From IMG/VR virus record IMGVR_UViG_2862413135_000001, positions 234-64,233 of that record: a stretch of DNA of 64,000 nt. One strand, written 5' to 3'. The notes under the pieces are model-generated. The model was not told the DNA's origin. It worked only from the letters and a program-made list of their open reading frames with translations, and made no database searches. Position 1 is the first letter of the stretch, and every line of letters begins with the position of its first letter. A program made the translations under genes and the position numbers. Source of the stretch: a virus (lineage: Duplodnaviria; Caudoviricetes). This document shows positions 34,875 through 43,912 of the stretch, piece by piece.

Positions 34875-36974
34875 TCACAACAGGGCGGTCAGCTTGGCGA
34901 GCTTGTAGCCCCGCGGGTTCTGCTCGTCACCGATCCGGCCGAGCGTCTCCGGGGATCCGGCGCCGCCCTCCTTCAGACGGGCCTTCACCTCGTCGACGGT
35001 CCACCCCATATAGGCGGTCTCGAAGTCGCGCAGGGCCAGCAGGAGCGCCTCGGTCTTCATCCGGTCGACGCCCGCCTTCTCCATGACAGCGACCGCGTCC
35101 TCGACGACCGCGCGCGCAGGCCCGGCGGCCAGCTGCGCGCGCACCGTCGGCGCGGCGTCACACAGCTTCAGCAGCTGGTCCCACGTGAGCAGCTCGACCG
35201 GGGCCGGCTTCTTGATGTCGCCGTCCTTGTCGTACTCCGCCTCGACGTACTCGGGCAGGTCGACGCCGCGCATCGCTTCGAGGCTGATCTGGTCGGGCTC
35301 GACGAAGCCGGCGTCCCTGCGCTCCTTGGCGAGCTTCCGCAGTGCCGCGGCGGGCGTCTCGTGCACCTTGTACTCGATCGGCTCGTCCGCCATGCCGGGA
35401 ACGCCCTGGATGAAGATGTGGCCGGCATCCTTGGGGTCGGTGTCGGTGGCCGGGGACAGCTTGTGCGGCAGCCAGCCCTCCGCGACGGCTCCGTCGCCGA
35501 ACAAGGCGCGGGTGTCGCCAACCTTGCACGGGCCGACGGCCTTGAGGGCGACCATCTGGGCGAAGTTCTCCCCCAGGTAGGCCTTCTGGCCACCCTGGGA
35601 CGCGATCTCGAGCTCGATCAGCTCCTTGCGACCCACCAGCAGCAGGTCGAACGCCAGCCTCTTCGCCAGCTCGGTCGCCTTGGGGAACTCGTCGAAGAAG
35701 ATCGTGACGGCCGGGTGTTCGGCGCTGGCGATCCACTTCTTGCCCATGCCGAGCTTCTTACGGAGTCGGGCCCGAGCCTTGGACATGACGAGGAAGAACA
35801 GCAGGACGGCTTCGATCTGCTCGTTGGTGCGGGCGGTGAGGCGGACGCACTCGCCGAGGTCTTCGAGCCCGTCGCCGTGCGGGTCGAGATCGATGGTGAT
35901 GTTGTCGCGGCATGCGGTGGTGCCCTCGGCGAGTGCTTGCAAGATGCCGGTCTTGCCGCCGCCGGACGCGGCAACCCACAGGCCCATGACGCCGGCCAGC
36001 GAGATGTCCAGCGGGTCACCGCCGACCGAGGTCCCGATGCGGAATCGGTCGGTGATCGACAGGGACTTCGGCGCCCGGTAGGGCATGCCTGGGGCGGTGG
36101 CGAACGGGTCGCCCTCGACGAGGCGGAGGATGGCGCAGGCCCGGCGCTCGACCATGGGCTGCGGCCGGACGCCGTTGGTGGGCAGGTCAAACCGGGTCTC
36201 CAGGCCGCCAGCCTTGGCAATGATCACCTCTGGGGTGCCTTCGGAGACGCGGACCTTGCACTGCCAGCCCCACGGCTGCCGCTCCACGTCCCACACTTCG
36301 ACGACCGGTACGTTCTCGGCGACCATCGCGAGGAGCACGCACATCGCAGCCTGCTGCGGCGTCTCGGCGCGGCGGATCGGGAACGGCTTCGCACCTTCGG
36401 GAAGGTCGTCGAGCGTGACGGATCCGTGGCTGCGGACCGTCTCGTCGGCGACCAGGCCGAGCACCTTGTCCGCGCCGGGCTGGCTGCGGTCGCGGCCATG
36501 GAAGGCGCCGAGTCCCCAGGCGCTCGCGGCGGCGGCCAGGTCGAGCCACAGGCTGCCGGTGGCGAGTCCGAACATGCCGCCCCCGGTGACGGCCGCGGCC
36601 ACGCCGGCGGACTTGCCGGTGAAGGTGAGGCGGTGCCGCTTGTACTCGGCCCGCAGCCCGGCGCGCTGGGCCTTGAGGCGGGCTTCCCGGTCGACGTCGC
36701 CGGCGGCGTCGCGGATGGCCCGGTCGGTCGAGGCGATCATCTGCGGGTAGTCGTCGTAGAAGCGGGTGAGCCAGCGGCGGCCGAGCTCCCGGTAGCCGCG
36801 GACAGTGTGCGGCAGCAGGGCCAGCTGGGCGACCCGGTTGGTGCGTTCGGCGATCACGCGGATGGAGGCGGCCGGCTTCCGGGTGGCCGCCTCGTCCTTG
36901 AAGACGGGCGTCACGGCGGGCGGCGGGACGAGCGACAGCATCGGGCGCTCATCGTCGGTCAGCGGGGTGGCCAT
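34875..36974 (-). CDS. traB: TraB-like FtsK/SpoIIIE conjugative DNA translocase
   Basis: N-terminal TM pair, Walker A AASGGGKT, Walker B IFFDEF, GRK..ASQ, C-terminal winged helix ending NPRGY. Confidence 0.8.
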   Translation of the reverse strand: MATPLTDDERPMLSLVPPPAVTPVFKDEAATRKPAASIRVIAERTNRVAQLALLPHTVRGYRELGRRWLTRFYDDYPQMIASTDRAIRDAAGDVDREARLKAQRAGLRAEYKRHRLTFTGKSAGVAAAVTGGGMFGLATGSLWLDLAAAASAWGLGAFHGRDRSQPGADKVLGLVADETVRSHGSVTLDDLPEGAKPFPIRRAETPQQAAMCVLLAMVAENVPVVEVWDVERQPWGWQCKVRVSEGTPEVIIAKAGGLETRFDLPTNGVRPQPMVERRACAILRLVEGDPFATAPGMPYRAPKSLSITDRFRIGTSVGGDPLDISLAGVMGLWVAASGGGKTGILQALAEGTTACRDNITIDLDPHGDGLEDLGECVRLTARTNEQIEAVLLFFLVMSKARARLRKKLGMGKKWIASAEHPAVTIFFDEFPKATELAKRLAFDLLLVGRKELIELEIASQGGQKAYLGENFAQMVALKAVGPCKVGDTRALFGDGAVAEGWLPHKLSPATDTDPKDAGHIFIQGVPGMADEPIEYKVHETPAAALRKLAKERRDAGFVEPDQISLEAMRGVDLPEYVEAEYDKDGDIKKPAPVELLTWDQLLKLCDAAPTVRAQLAAGPARAVVEDAVAVMEKAGVDRMKTEALLLALRDFETAYMGWTVDEVKARLKEGGAGSPETLGRIGDEQNPRGYKLAKLTALL

Positions 36975-36983
36975 GACGGGTCC

Positions 36984-38084
36984 TTAGTGGTGGTGGCCGT
37001 TGACGGCGAGGCGGGTCCGGGCTTCGTGGCTGTGCTGCTTCTTCGCGACGTCGCCGAAGGGGACGCTGTCGCCCTTGGTGCGGCGGTGCGGCGGAGGCGG
37101 CTTCCGGGGCCCCTTCGAGGCCTTCTCCGGCGCCTTGTTCACGGAGGGGGATAGATCGCTTACGACCTGCGATTTTTTCGGCGTCTCGAACCGCTGCACG
37201 GGAGCCGGGTGGAGCAGCTCCAAGAGGCGGCCGCGAGTGCTCACTGGGGAACCGTTCGCGGCGTCCATCGCGGCGGCGTAGGCCTTGCTCGACGCGAGCT
37301 TCTCGCCGTGCAGGGCCGGGGTCATGCCGGGCGTCCGGGTGCCGTACTTGATTTCCCACGCGGCCGCGAAAGCGTTCTCGAACGACAGCGTGCCGTAGGG
37401 GGCCGCGGACACCAGTTGCTTCGCCAGGCCGACGACGTCCCCGTGGTCCTTGCGGCGCCTCTTCTCGTGCCGGGCGCGCGCCTTCTCCTCGGCCCGCTTC
37501 TTCGGATCGACGACGGACGCGGACAGGGTGGACACCCATTGCCGGATTTCGAAGACAGCCGGGCCCATCACGGTGACGCCGGCCAGCCCCCACGCGACGG
37601 ACGCGTTGGTCTCGGCGCCGTAGGTGTAGTTGATGCTGGCCGCGTAGCCGGCCGCGCCCATGGACAGGGCCCGCAGGAGCCACCGCACCCAGGCGGGCAG
37701 CTTCCGCTCGTCGGCGTAGGCGACGCCGGCGGCCATCACCCAGGCGGCGCCTTCGAGGGCGAACGGCAGCGGCAGCAGCATCACGCTGATCTTCACGAAG
37801 TGCGCGACCTGCGCCGGCAGCGACGCCAGGGCGGACGCGGCGACGAGCGCGAGCGTGCCCTTGCGGTACACGTTGCCGGGGGTGAAGGTCTTCTCCCGGC
37901 GGGCGGCGCGGGCCTGGCGGCGGGCCGCGCGGTCGCGGCGCTGCTGCGCCTCGTCCTCGCGGCGTTCCTTCTTCGCCTCGCGCGCTTCCTTGCGGCGCAG
38001 CTCGGACTCGAACGCGCGGTCCTCGCGCCGCTGCTGGGCGTCGGCGACCTTGTCGGCGCGACGCTCCTCGAACCAGCTGCTCAC
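36984..38084 (-). CDS. Spd-like (DUF2637/SpdB-type) membrane protein
   Basis: Charged coiled-coil N-terminus, ~4 TM (LPFALEGAAW), basic C-terminus; directly upstream of traB. Confidence 0.65.
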   Translation of the reverse strand: MSSWFEERRADKVADAQQRREDRAFESELRRKEAREAKKERREDEAQQRRDRAARRQARAARREKTFTPGNVYRKGTLALVAASALASLPAQVAHFVKISVMLLPLPFALEGAAWVMAAGVAYADERKLPAWVRWLLRALSMGAAGYAASINYTYGAETNASVAWGLAGVTVMGPAVFEIRQWVSTLSASVVDPKKRAEEKARARHEKRRRKDHGDVVGLAKQLVSAAPYGTLSFENAFAAAWEIKYGTRTPGMTPALHGEKLASSKAYAAAMDAANGSPVSTRGRLLELLHPAPVQRFETPKKSQVVSDLSPSVNKAPEKASKGPRKPPPPHRRTKGDSVPFGDVAKKQHSHEARTRLAVNGHHH

Positions 38085-38107
38085 GGGTGATCAGTCCTCT
38101 CGGGGTG

Positions 38108-38308
38108 TCAGGCGGTGCGGGCGGGGGCGGGCCGGTGCGTCCGCCAGACAGCGATGGCGGCGAGCAGGAGCAGGGCGGGGCCGGGGATCGCGGTCAGGAG
38201 CGTGGCCGCGCCGACGCCGACGAGCACGACGGGGGTGGCGGCGGCCGGCCAGGTGCCGACGATCAGCAGGAAGAGGACAACGAGCGGCCAACGGAGCTTG
38301 CGGATCAT
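38108..38308 (-). CDS. small membrane protein (Spd-like)
   Basis: 66 aa, largely hydrophobic. Confidence 0.6.
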   Translation of the reverse strand: MIRKLRWPLVVLFLLIVGTWPAAATPVVLVGVGAATLLTAIPGPALLLLAAIAVWRTHRPAPARTA

Positions 38309-38400
38309 GACGACCTCACTCGGGTCGAGGCGGGATGGTGGGGTGGTGCTGCGCCAGTTCTCCTTGGCGCCCGGGCGGGCCGGGCGCCGCGGACAGCCGG

Positions 38401-38574
38401 TCAGCTGCGCTTGTTCGCGGCGGTGACGGCCGCGATCGCCACTCGTGCTGCGTCCTCATCGGTGCCGGTCAGGACGAGCTTCGAGAGCTGGCTGAACATC
38501 TCTCGACGGTCACCGCGAGCCTTGGCCTCGGTGGCGGCGTCGATGTGGCGCTTTGCTGCGGGGCTGAATGCCAT
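38401..38574 (-). CDS. hypothetical protein
   Basis: MAFSPAAKRHID; RBS GAGGAG. Confidence 0.55.
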   Translation of the reverse strand: MAFSPAAKRHIDAATEAKARGDRREMFSQLSKLVLTGTDEDAARVAIAAVTAANKRS

Positions 38575-38669
38575 GTGCTCTCCTCGATTCGGATGGCCGG
38601 GGCTGTCCCGGCTCCCCTCAACCGGGCCCGTGCGAGACGGGCCCGGCGGGCAGCTGGTCAGCGCGGGCG

Positions 38670-38867
38670 TCAGGAGCGGTTCTTCAGCTCCTCGTTGATC
38701 TCCTTGAGCCTGTGCTGGTAGCTGGCCATGTTGGTGTCGGCGTACATGTGGGAGCTCGGCGGCCGAACGGCGTCGAGCTTCTCCTCGGCGGCGATGCACT
38801 TCTTCACCCCCTCGGCTTCGGCGCGGAGGTCCTCGGTGCTGGTGTGGAGGCTCTTGAACAGGCCCAT
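38670..38867 (-). CDS. hypothetical protein
   Basis: MGLFKSLHTS; RBS AGGGAG. Confidence 0.55.
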   Translation of the reverse strand: MGLFKSLHTSTEDLRAEAEGVKKCIAAEEKLDAVRPPSSHMYADTNMASYQHRLKEINEELKNRS

Positions 38868-38913
38868 GGCGGGCTCCCTTCGGTGGGTGGTGGAAGCGCT
38901 GGCGCGGTTCCCC

Positions 38914-39231
38914 TCACCGCCGGTGCGTGACCGGCGGATCGGGCAGCTGGTCAGCTCCGGTGGGGAAGGCGGGGCCGTCGTACTCGACGGCGACGATGCG
39001 GGCGCCCGGGTGCTCCTGCTGGGTGCGCAGGACGTCGGTGACGAGGGAGTCGAGGCTGTTGGTGGAGTTGAAGCTGAGGAGCTCGCCGGTGCGGCCGTCG
39101 TAGAGCCGGTAGTTGAGGTTGGTGTGGGTGATTTCCCGCTGCGGAAGGGGCTTGCCGTTCCACATGTCGGGCTGGCGGTCACGGATCCGGTGCGGGCCGT
39201 GGTGGCCCTTCATCCAGGCGGGGAGCCGCAT
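38914..39231 (-). CDS. hypothetical protein
   Basis: MRLPAWMK...YRLYDGRTGELL; RBS AAGGA. Confidence 0.6.
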   Translation of the reverse strand: MRLPAWMKGHHGPHRIRDRQPDMWNGKPLPQREITHTNLNYRLYDGRTGELLSFNSTNSLDSLVTDVLRTQQEHPGARIVAVEYDGPAFPTGADQLPDPPVTHRR

Positions 39232-39305
39232 GGCGGGGTTCCTTCCGGGGGGGGCCGGGCGCGGTGACGGGGTGGTTGGGGTTCCGCGCCCGGCGGTCTG
39301 TGGGG

Positions 39306-39482
39306 TCAGCGGGTCTGCTGGCGGGTCTCGTGGATGACGGCCCCGAGGACGATCCGGTCGGCCGGGGAGCTGTCGGCGACGGCGTTCAGGTGCTCCTCGG
39401 CCGCCGCCCAGTCCCCCGCCTCGATCGCGGCCACCGCCTGGTCGGCGTGGGCGCGGGCCTCGGGCGTGAACTCGGCGCCCAT
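39306..39482 (-). CDS. hypothetical protein
   Basis: MGAEFTPEARAHAD; start overlaps upstream stop. Confidence 0.5.
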   Translation of the reverse strand: MGAEFTPEARAHADQAVAAIEAGDWAAAEEHLNAVADSSPADRIVLGAVIHETRQQTR

Positions 39483-39682
39483 CAGGCGGCGGCCGGGAGA
39501 CGGGAGCCGACGAGCTCGTCCGTCAGCGACGGCGCGCCCGGGTTGGCCCGGTCGTAGTCGGAGGCCTCCGCGAGGAGGTGCAGCTCGACCGTCCAGTCGG
39601 CCGCGGCCAGGTACTGACGGATCAGGCTGGTGCGGTAGGCGGCGTCCGACGACGGCGCGGAGGTGATCAGGGTCAGGGACAT
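39482..39682 (-). CDS. hypothetical protein
   Basis: MSLTLITSAP; RBS AAAGG. Confidence 0.55.
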   Translation of the reverse strand: MSLTLITSAPSSDAAYRTSLIRQYLAAADWTVELHLLAEASDYDRANPGAPSLTDELVGSRLPAAA

Positions 39683-39843
39683 GGCGGTGCCTTTCAGGCG
39701 TGGTGGGAGGTTGGGTGCCGGGCTGGCAGGACGGGGGGATTGTCGGACTGCCAGCCCGGCGGCTTTGGGTTACTTCGGGCGGTCCTCGGACCGCTTATTG
39801 GCCTCGCGGACCTTGCGCAGCAGCTCGGCGCGCTGGTCGTCGG

Positions 39844-40185
39844 TCACCGTTCGTCCTCCATCGGCGGGTAGATGGAGGCGCGGATGGCGCCGCGAACCGT
39901 GGTGCGGACGCGCTCGCCGCGCCACGAGAACTTCGCGTACAGGTGGACCGTGCCGCCGGAGGCGGTCCGCTCCGGCATGACGTCGGCGTTCAGGTGGCGG
40001 GCCCAGGCGGCGAACGCGGCCCGCTGCTCGTCCGGCGTCGACGTCAGCGAGTCGACGTCGGCGACCAGCGCCCCGGAGATGGGGATCGTCCACGTGACGG
40101 CGGGCAAACCGTCGGCCATCAGGAACTCGCCGAGCGCCTGGTAGGCGGCACGCTGCCAGCGTCGGAGGTACGTCTGATCGGTCAC
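39844..40185 (-). CDS. hypothetical protein
   Basis: LPAVTWTI...RAAFAAWARHL; coupled starts/stops. Confidence 0.6.
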   Translation of the reverse strand: MTDQTYLRRWQRAAYQALGEFLMADGLPAVTWTIPISGALVADVDSLTSTPDEQRAAFAAWARHLNADVMPERTASGGTVHLYAKFSWRGERVRTTVRGAIRASIYPPMEDER

Positions 40186-40385
40186 GACGCCTCCACCAGA
40201 CGCAGGCGGGGACGGGGCTGAGGCGCAGTGGCGGCCGGCACGAACCAGTGGCCCAGGCGACGCCGTGTCACCGGGTCGGTGACCGTGACCAGCACCGCCG
40301 GGGACTCGCCGTCCCACGCGGGAAGATCGGCCACCAGCTGCTGCGCCTTCGCCTGCAGCAGCTGCACGCGCTCCCGCTCGTTCAC
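40182..40385 (-). CDS. hypothetical protein
   Basis: Translationally coupled small ORF. Confidence 0.5.
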   Translation of the reverse strand: MNERERVQLLQAKAQQLVADLPAWDGESPAVLVTVTDPVTRRRLGHWFVPAATAPQPRPRLRLVEAS

Positions 40386-40576
40386 GACGCCACCGCCGTC
40401 CGGTACGGGTGCGGGCCGCGGGGCCGCTGAGGCAACGGCTCCTTCGTCTTGCCGTGGTCGTCGACGGCCAGCGGACGCCGGACGAACGTGGCGAGGTCGT
40501 GAGCCGTGCGGTCGGCGGCCGACAGGCCCGGCTGCGTCGCCGCGGGGCGGAAGGAGGTCGGGGTCGCGGTGGTCAT
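40382..40576 (-). CDS. hypothetical protein
   Basis: Coupled small ORF, RBS GGAGG. Confidence 0.5.
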   Translation of the reverse strand: MTTATPTSFRPAATQPGLSAADRTAHDLATFVRRPLAVDDHGKTKEPLPQRPRGPHPYRTAVAS

Positions 40577-40577
40577 C

Positions 40578-40817
40578 TCAAGCCACCTCCGTGGCAGGCA
40601 TGGCGACGGTGCGGACGGCGGCGCTGTCGAGGAAGACGGCGAGCGCGGCCTCGGAAACGCGGAACCGGGGTCGGCCGCTGCCCTTGGCGATGTCGATCGC
40701 TTCGAGGCGGCCGGACTTGATCAGCTCACGCACGTGCTGCGGAGTGCTGCCGATACGGATGGCGACCTCTCCGGTGGCGAGGAAGTCGCCCGTAGGGGCG
40801 ACGGAGACAGGCGTCAC
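40578..40817 (-). CDS. excisionase-like HTH protein
   Basis: FLATGEVAIRIGSTPQHVRELIKSGRLEA...RFRVSEAAL. Confidence 0.8.
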   Translation of the reverse strand: MTPVSVAPTGDFLATGEVAIRIGSTPQHVRELIKSGRLEAIDIAKGSGRPRFRVSEAALAVFLDSAAVRTVAMPATEVA

Positions 40818-40867
40818 TAGGTGCTCCCCTGCGGTCGACTGGGGTGGACGACTCCATAGAAGCAGAG

Positions 40868-40896
40868 TGCTACAGAGCAATCAATAGCTCTAGAGC
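40868..40896. promoter_or_regulatory. GntR operator pair over promoter of transfer operon
   Basis: Perfect GCTCTAGAGC at 40887-40896 and imperfect TGCTACAGAGCA at 40868-40879 flanking a minus-strand TTGATT. Confidence 0.6.
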
Positions 40897-40920
40897 AGAG
40901 TGGTCGAATCCAAGACAGCG

Positions 40921-40948
40921 AAAAGCCCCCACCCCGAGGGGTGAGGGC
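40921..40948 (-). terminator. intrinsic terminator after GntR
   Basis: GCCCTCACCCCTCGGGGTGGGGGC followed by TTTT on minus strand. Confidence 0.6.
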
Positions 40949-40962
40949 AGGAAGTCGGCAGG

Positions 40963-41748
40963 TCAGGCAGGGAAGTCGTACACCAGAAGGAACCTCGACG
41001 CGTCCAGAACCATTCGGTTGACCTCGACGACGCGCCCGTCGGCGCGCATCGCAGACCGATGCTGCTCGATCACCGGAGCGCCAGCAGCAAGACGGAGGTC
41101 ATCCACCTCAGCCGGCGTCGCCAGTCGGCAGCGCAGCTGCTCACGGAACCGCACCGGCCCATGGCCAGCCTCGCGCAGCCGTGCATACGTGCCACCGGGC
41201 CCCGAGTCGCTCTCAGTGATCCGCGTGTCGTGCGCCAGGTCGTCAGGGATGTACGAGGTCGCCCGCATGACGATCTCACCGTCGACGGCGTAGCGCCGGT
41301 TTCGCTTCCACACGCGGGCAGCCACGTCCATGTCGAGGGCGCGAGCAACATCCTCGGGAGAATTGATCAGCTCGACCTCGGTCCGCCCGACCACTTCGAG
41401 GCGCCGGTCGTCGATGTCGACATCCCACATCGAGCGCCCCTCACCCCACTGCGTGGCAGAGAGGCGCTCAAGAGCGTTTCGCACGATCGGTCGCCACTCA
41501 GCGACAAACCAGCCGGAGCCGACGCGCGACTCGATCAGCCCCTCATCGCGCAGCACGCCGAGGGCCTGGCGAACGGTCATTTGCGAGGCGGTGTACCGAT
41601 CGGCCAGTTTGCGCTCGGACGGCAGTTGCCGCTTCTCGCTCTCGAACTCGCCCGCCTTGATGCGATCACGCAGGTCGCTGGCGATCCCTCGGTACTTGTG
41701 CGGCTCGCCGGACTTGGGTGACACAGGCTCTCCTTCGGGACGGGTCAT
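40963..41748 (-). CDS. GntR/HutC-family repressor with UTRA domain (KorSA/TraR-like)
   Basis: LPSERKLADRY..SQMTVRQAL..L.DEGLI...GSGWFV; UTRA C-terminus (DSGPGGTYARL, DGRVVEV). Confidence 0.88.
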   Translation of the reverse strand: MTRPEGEPVSPKSGEPHKYRGIASDLRDRIKAGEFESEKRQLPSERKLADRYTASQMTVRQALGVLRDEGLIESRVGSGWFVAEWRPIVRNALERLSATQWGEGRSMWDVDIDDRRLEVVGRTEVELINSPEDVARALDMDVAARVWKRNRRYAVDGEIVMRATSYIPDDLAHDTRITESDSGPGGTYARLREAGHGPVRFREQLRCRLATPAEVDDLRLAAGAPVIEQHRSAMRADGRVVEVNRMVLDASRFLLVYDFPA

Positions 41749-41840
41749 CTAGAGCAACGCTACCCGCTCTACATCTGCGCTGGTCAATGAGTGTTCCGAG
41801 GGGGATTTGGACAGGGGGTGGCTTTGATTGCTCTAGAGCG
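41748..41840. promoter_or_regulatory. GntR operators in divergent promoter
   Basis: TCTAGAGCA at the GntR start (41748-41756) and TTGATT-GCTCTAGAGC at 41824-41839. Confidence 0.6.
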
Positions 41841-42007
41841 CTACGGTTCTTCGTAGTCGCGATGTGACAGTGCGCACATCGAAGCCGGGTCACGTATGCC
41901 CGGGGCCGCGCGAAAACGGCCGGACGGTTGCCACCGTCCGGCCGAAGAACCAGCGGGTCGCCACCCGCCGATCAGCAACTCAATCCTGTGAGATTGGAGC
42001 TCTGCCC

Positions 42008-42283
42008 ATGAGCGTACCGCCTGCACTCTCCGCTGCCCAAGTCCTCGACTCGCCTCTCGAGGCCCTCCTCGCTGAAGCGGGTGTCGAAATCTTCGACTCC
42101 TCGATCGCCGACCGCTCGTTCTTCGGCGCCGTCGTCCAGCGCAAGAGTGGCGAGACGTACCTGGCGATGCCCGCCGGACGCAGCCAGCTGGAGCACGACA
42201 CGATGGCGCGCTACCTGATCGCGCAGGCCTTCGACGTGGACCTCCCGGAGTTGCCCCCGCCGTTCACCACAACCGAGATCTGA
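42008..42283 (+). CDS. hypothetical protein
   Basis: RBS GGAG; FFGAVVQRKSG..LAMPAGRS..EHD. Confidence 0.65.
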   Translation: MSVPPALSAAQVLDSPLEALLAEAGVEIFDSSIADRSFFGAVVQRKSGETYLAMPAGRSQLEHDTMARYLIAQAFDVDLPELPPPFTTTEI

Positions 42284-42308
42284 CCACACACTGAGCAGGG
42301 AGCATCGC

Positions 42309-42812
42309 ATGCGGGACGAATTGGCCGAACTGCCCGAATCGGGTGAAGTCATCTACATCGTCGAGTACAGCTTCGATGCCGTGAAGGTCGGCTACACGAG
42401 CCAGCCACGGCGCCGCCTCCAGGCCCACATCCGCTCAGCGCGTCAACTGGGTATGGAGGCAACTCGGTTTTGGACGTCTGAGCCCCACGTCAACGCGCGT
42501 ATGAACGAGCGACGGCTGATCAAGTTCTGTTCTGAGCGGAGCGAGCGCACGACAGGTGCCAAGCAGGGTGAGTACTTCGCATCGCTCAACCTGGACGACG
42601 TGCGCGAGTTCGCGCAGACGCTGCAGTTCGAACCGCCGATCGAGAAGCCAGCGGTCGAGACTGAGTGCCCTGCATGCGCCGTGGTCGACGCGAGGCCTCT
42701 CAGTGCCCTGGCACTGCTCCATGAGATCGCTCACGGGAACCTGCGGATCTTCGACTCGGCCGGGCGCGACGTCTCTGCAGCCTGGGTCGGCTCCGTAAAG
42801 GCAAACCACTAG
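42309..42812 (+). CDS. GIY-YIG/T5orf172-like domain protein
   Basis: IYIV...VKVGYT..PRRRL...ERRL...GEYF. Confidence 0.7.
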   Translation: MRDELAELPESGEVIYIVEYSFDAVKVGYTSQPRRRLQAHIRSARQLGMEATRFWTSEPHVNARMNERRLIKFCSERSERTTGAKQGEYFASLNLDDVREFAQTLQFEPPIEKPAVETECPACAVVDARPLSALALLHEIAHGNLRIFDSAGRDVSAAWVGSVKANH

Positions 42813-42978
42813 CCCCGGAGGCCAGACCCAGCTCAGCGCCTGACGGTGCTCTCTAGCGGCCCCCGACCATCCCGGCTGGGGGCCGCCCCGGCCGCCTCGC
42901 CGTTCCCTCCTGCGCTTTCTCTTCCCTCTCACCTCAGCCCTCGTAGACTGGCCTCGCCACCACCGAAAGGATCCACCC

Positions 42979-43365
42979 ATGCGCCCCGCGGATTTCCGCG
43001 ATCACCTCGTTGACCTGCTGAAAAACACCCCGGATGTCCAGCGGGTGGAGATCTTGGACGGTGGTCCGTACCCCTACGCGCTGGCTGCGACGGTGGCGGG
43101 CAAGGAGCACCGTTGGCAGGTGATCGGGCAGCTGGCTGAGGGGGCCAAGCACGATACGCCCACGCCTCCTGTGCACGGCCAGCCGGCAGCCTGGACCAGC
43201 GCTCCGGTGACGGCTGCGCCGGATGCCTGGCTGGGCGGTGTGATCGGCTCGGCTGAGGCTCCGGACACGAAGCAGATCGACGTGTGGACGGCCCGCGGCA
43301 AGAGCGATCCGGGCCTGACGGTGTTCTTCCACAACGGGGAGCGCGCGTTCGTGCGCCACGTTTGA
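42979..43365 (+). CDS. hypothetical protein
   Basis: MRPADFRD...FHNGERAF; RBS AAGGA. Confidence 0.65.
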   Translation: MRPADFRDHLVDLLKNTPDVQRVEILDGGPYPYALAATVAGKEHRWQVIGQLAEGAKHDTPTPPVHGQPAAWTSAPVTAAPDAWLGGVIGSAEAPDTKQIDVWTARGKSDPGLTVFFHNGERAFVRHV

Positions 43366-43480
43366 CCGGTCGCGCCCTTTGCGTACCCCGTTGCGCGGAG
43401 CACTCTGGCGGCACCGCTACTGGAGGTCTCGCATGGAGTGTTTACCAGCTCGCCGTGGCGCCCGCTTCGATCCGGGCCTG

Positions 43481-43600
43481 ATGGCCGGAAACTGTCCGTC
43501 GTGTGGTGCGATCGTGGGCTCAGCGAAGGGTCAGCCGACAACGATCCATCAGGGGCCGGATGGCCGCACCTGCCCGGGCTCCAACCAGCCCGCCACCTGA
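43481..43600 (+). CDS. small Zn-finger-like peptide
   Basis: CPSCG...H...CPGS. Confidence 0.45.
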   Translation: MAGNCPSCGAIVGSAKGQPTTIHQGPDGRTCPGSNQPAT

Positions 43601-43607
43601 ACGAAGC

Positions 43608-43644
43608 GAAGGGCCCCTCGACCGCGTCGGTCGAGGGGCCCTTC
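43608..43644. terminator. bidirectional terminator
   Basis: Perfect 16-bp stem GAAGGGCCCCTCGACC/GGTCGAGGGGCCCTTC between convergent genes. Confidence 0.8.
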
Positions 43645-43651
43645 CGTGCGT

Positions 43652-43903
43652 TCAGTGCCGGTATTCGATGCTGTAGATCCGCACGGTCCGCTGATCGTCG
43701 TTCACGGTGAGGATGGCTGTCACGAGTGGTCGGACGAGGATGCGGTGGATGCCGTCGTCGATGCCGTAGGGCTCGGTCTCGATGTAGGGCTCGTGGCAGA
43801 CGTCGGAGAGTGCGGCGGTGAGCTGCGTGCTGGCGTCATTGGGGAGGCTGTCCCAGATGGCCAGGAGCGGTTCGTCGCAGAGGAGCCGGTACACGGCTCT
43901 CAC
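43652..43903 (-). CDS. RelE/ParE-fold-like putative toxin
   Basis: ~80 aa, pattern YRL..WDSLP...HEPY...ILTVNDDQRTVRIYSI. Confidence 0.5.
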   Translation of the reverse strand: MRAVYRLLCDEPLLAIWDSLPNDASTQLTAALSDVCHEPYIETEPYGIDDGIHRILVRPLVTAILTVNDDQRTVRIYSIEYRH

Positions 43904-43912
43904 CCTGCCAGG

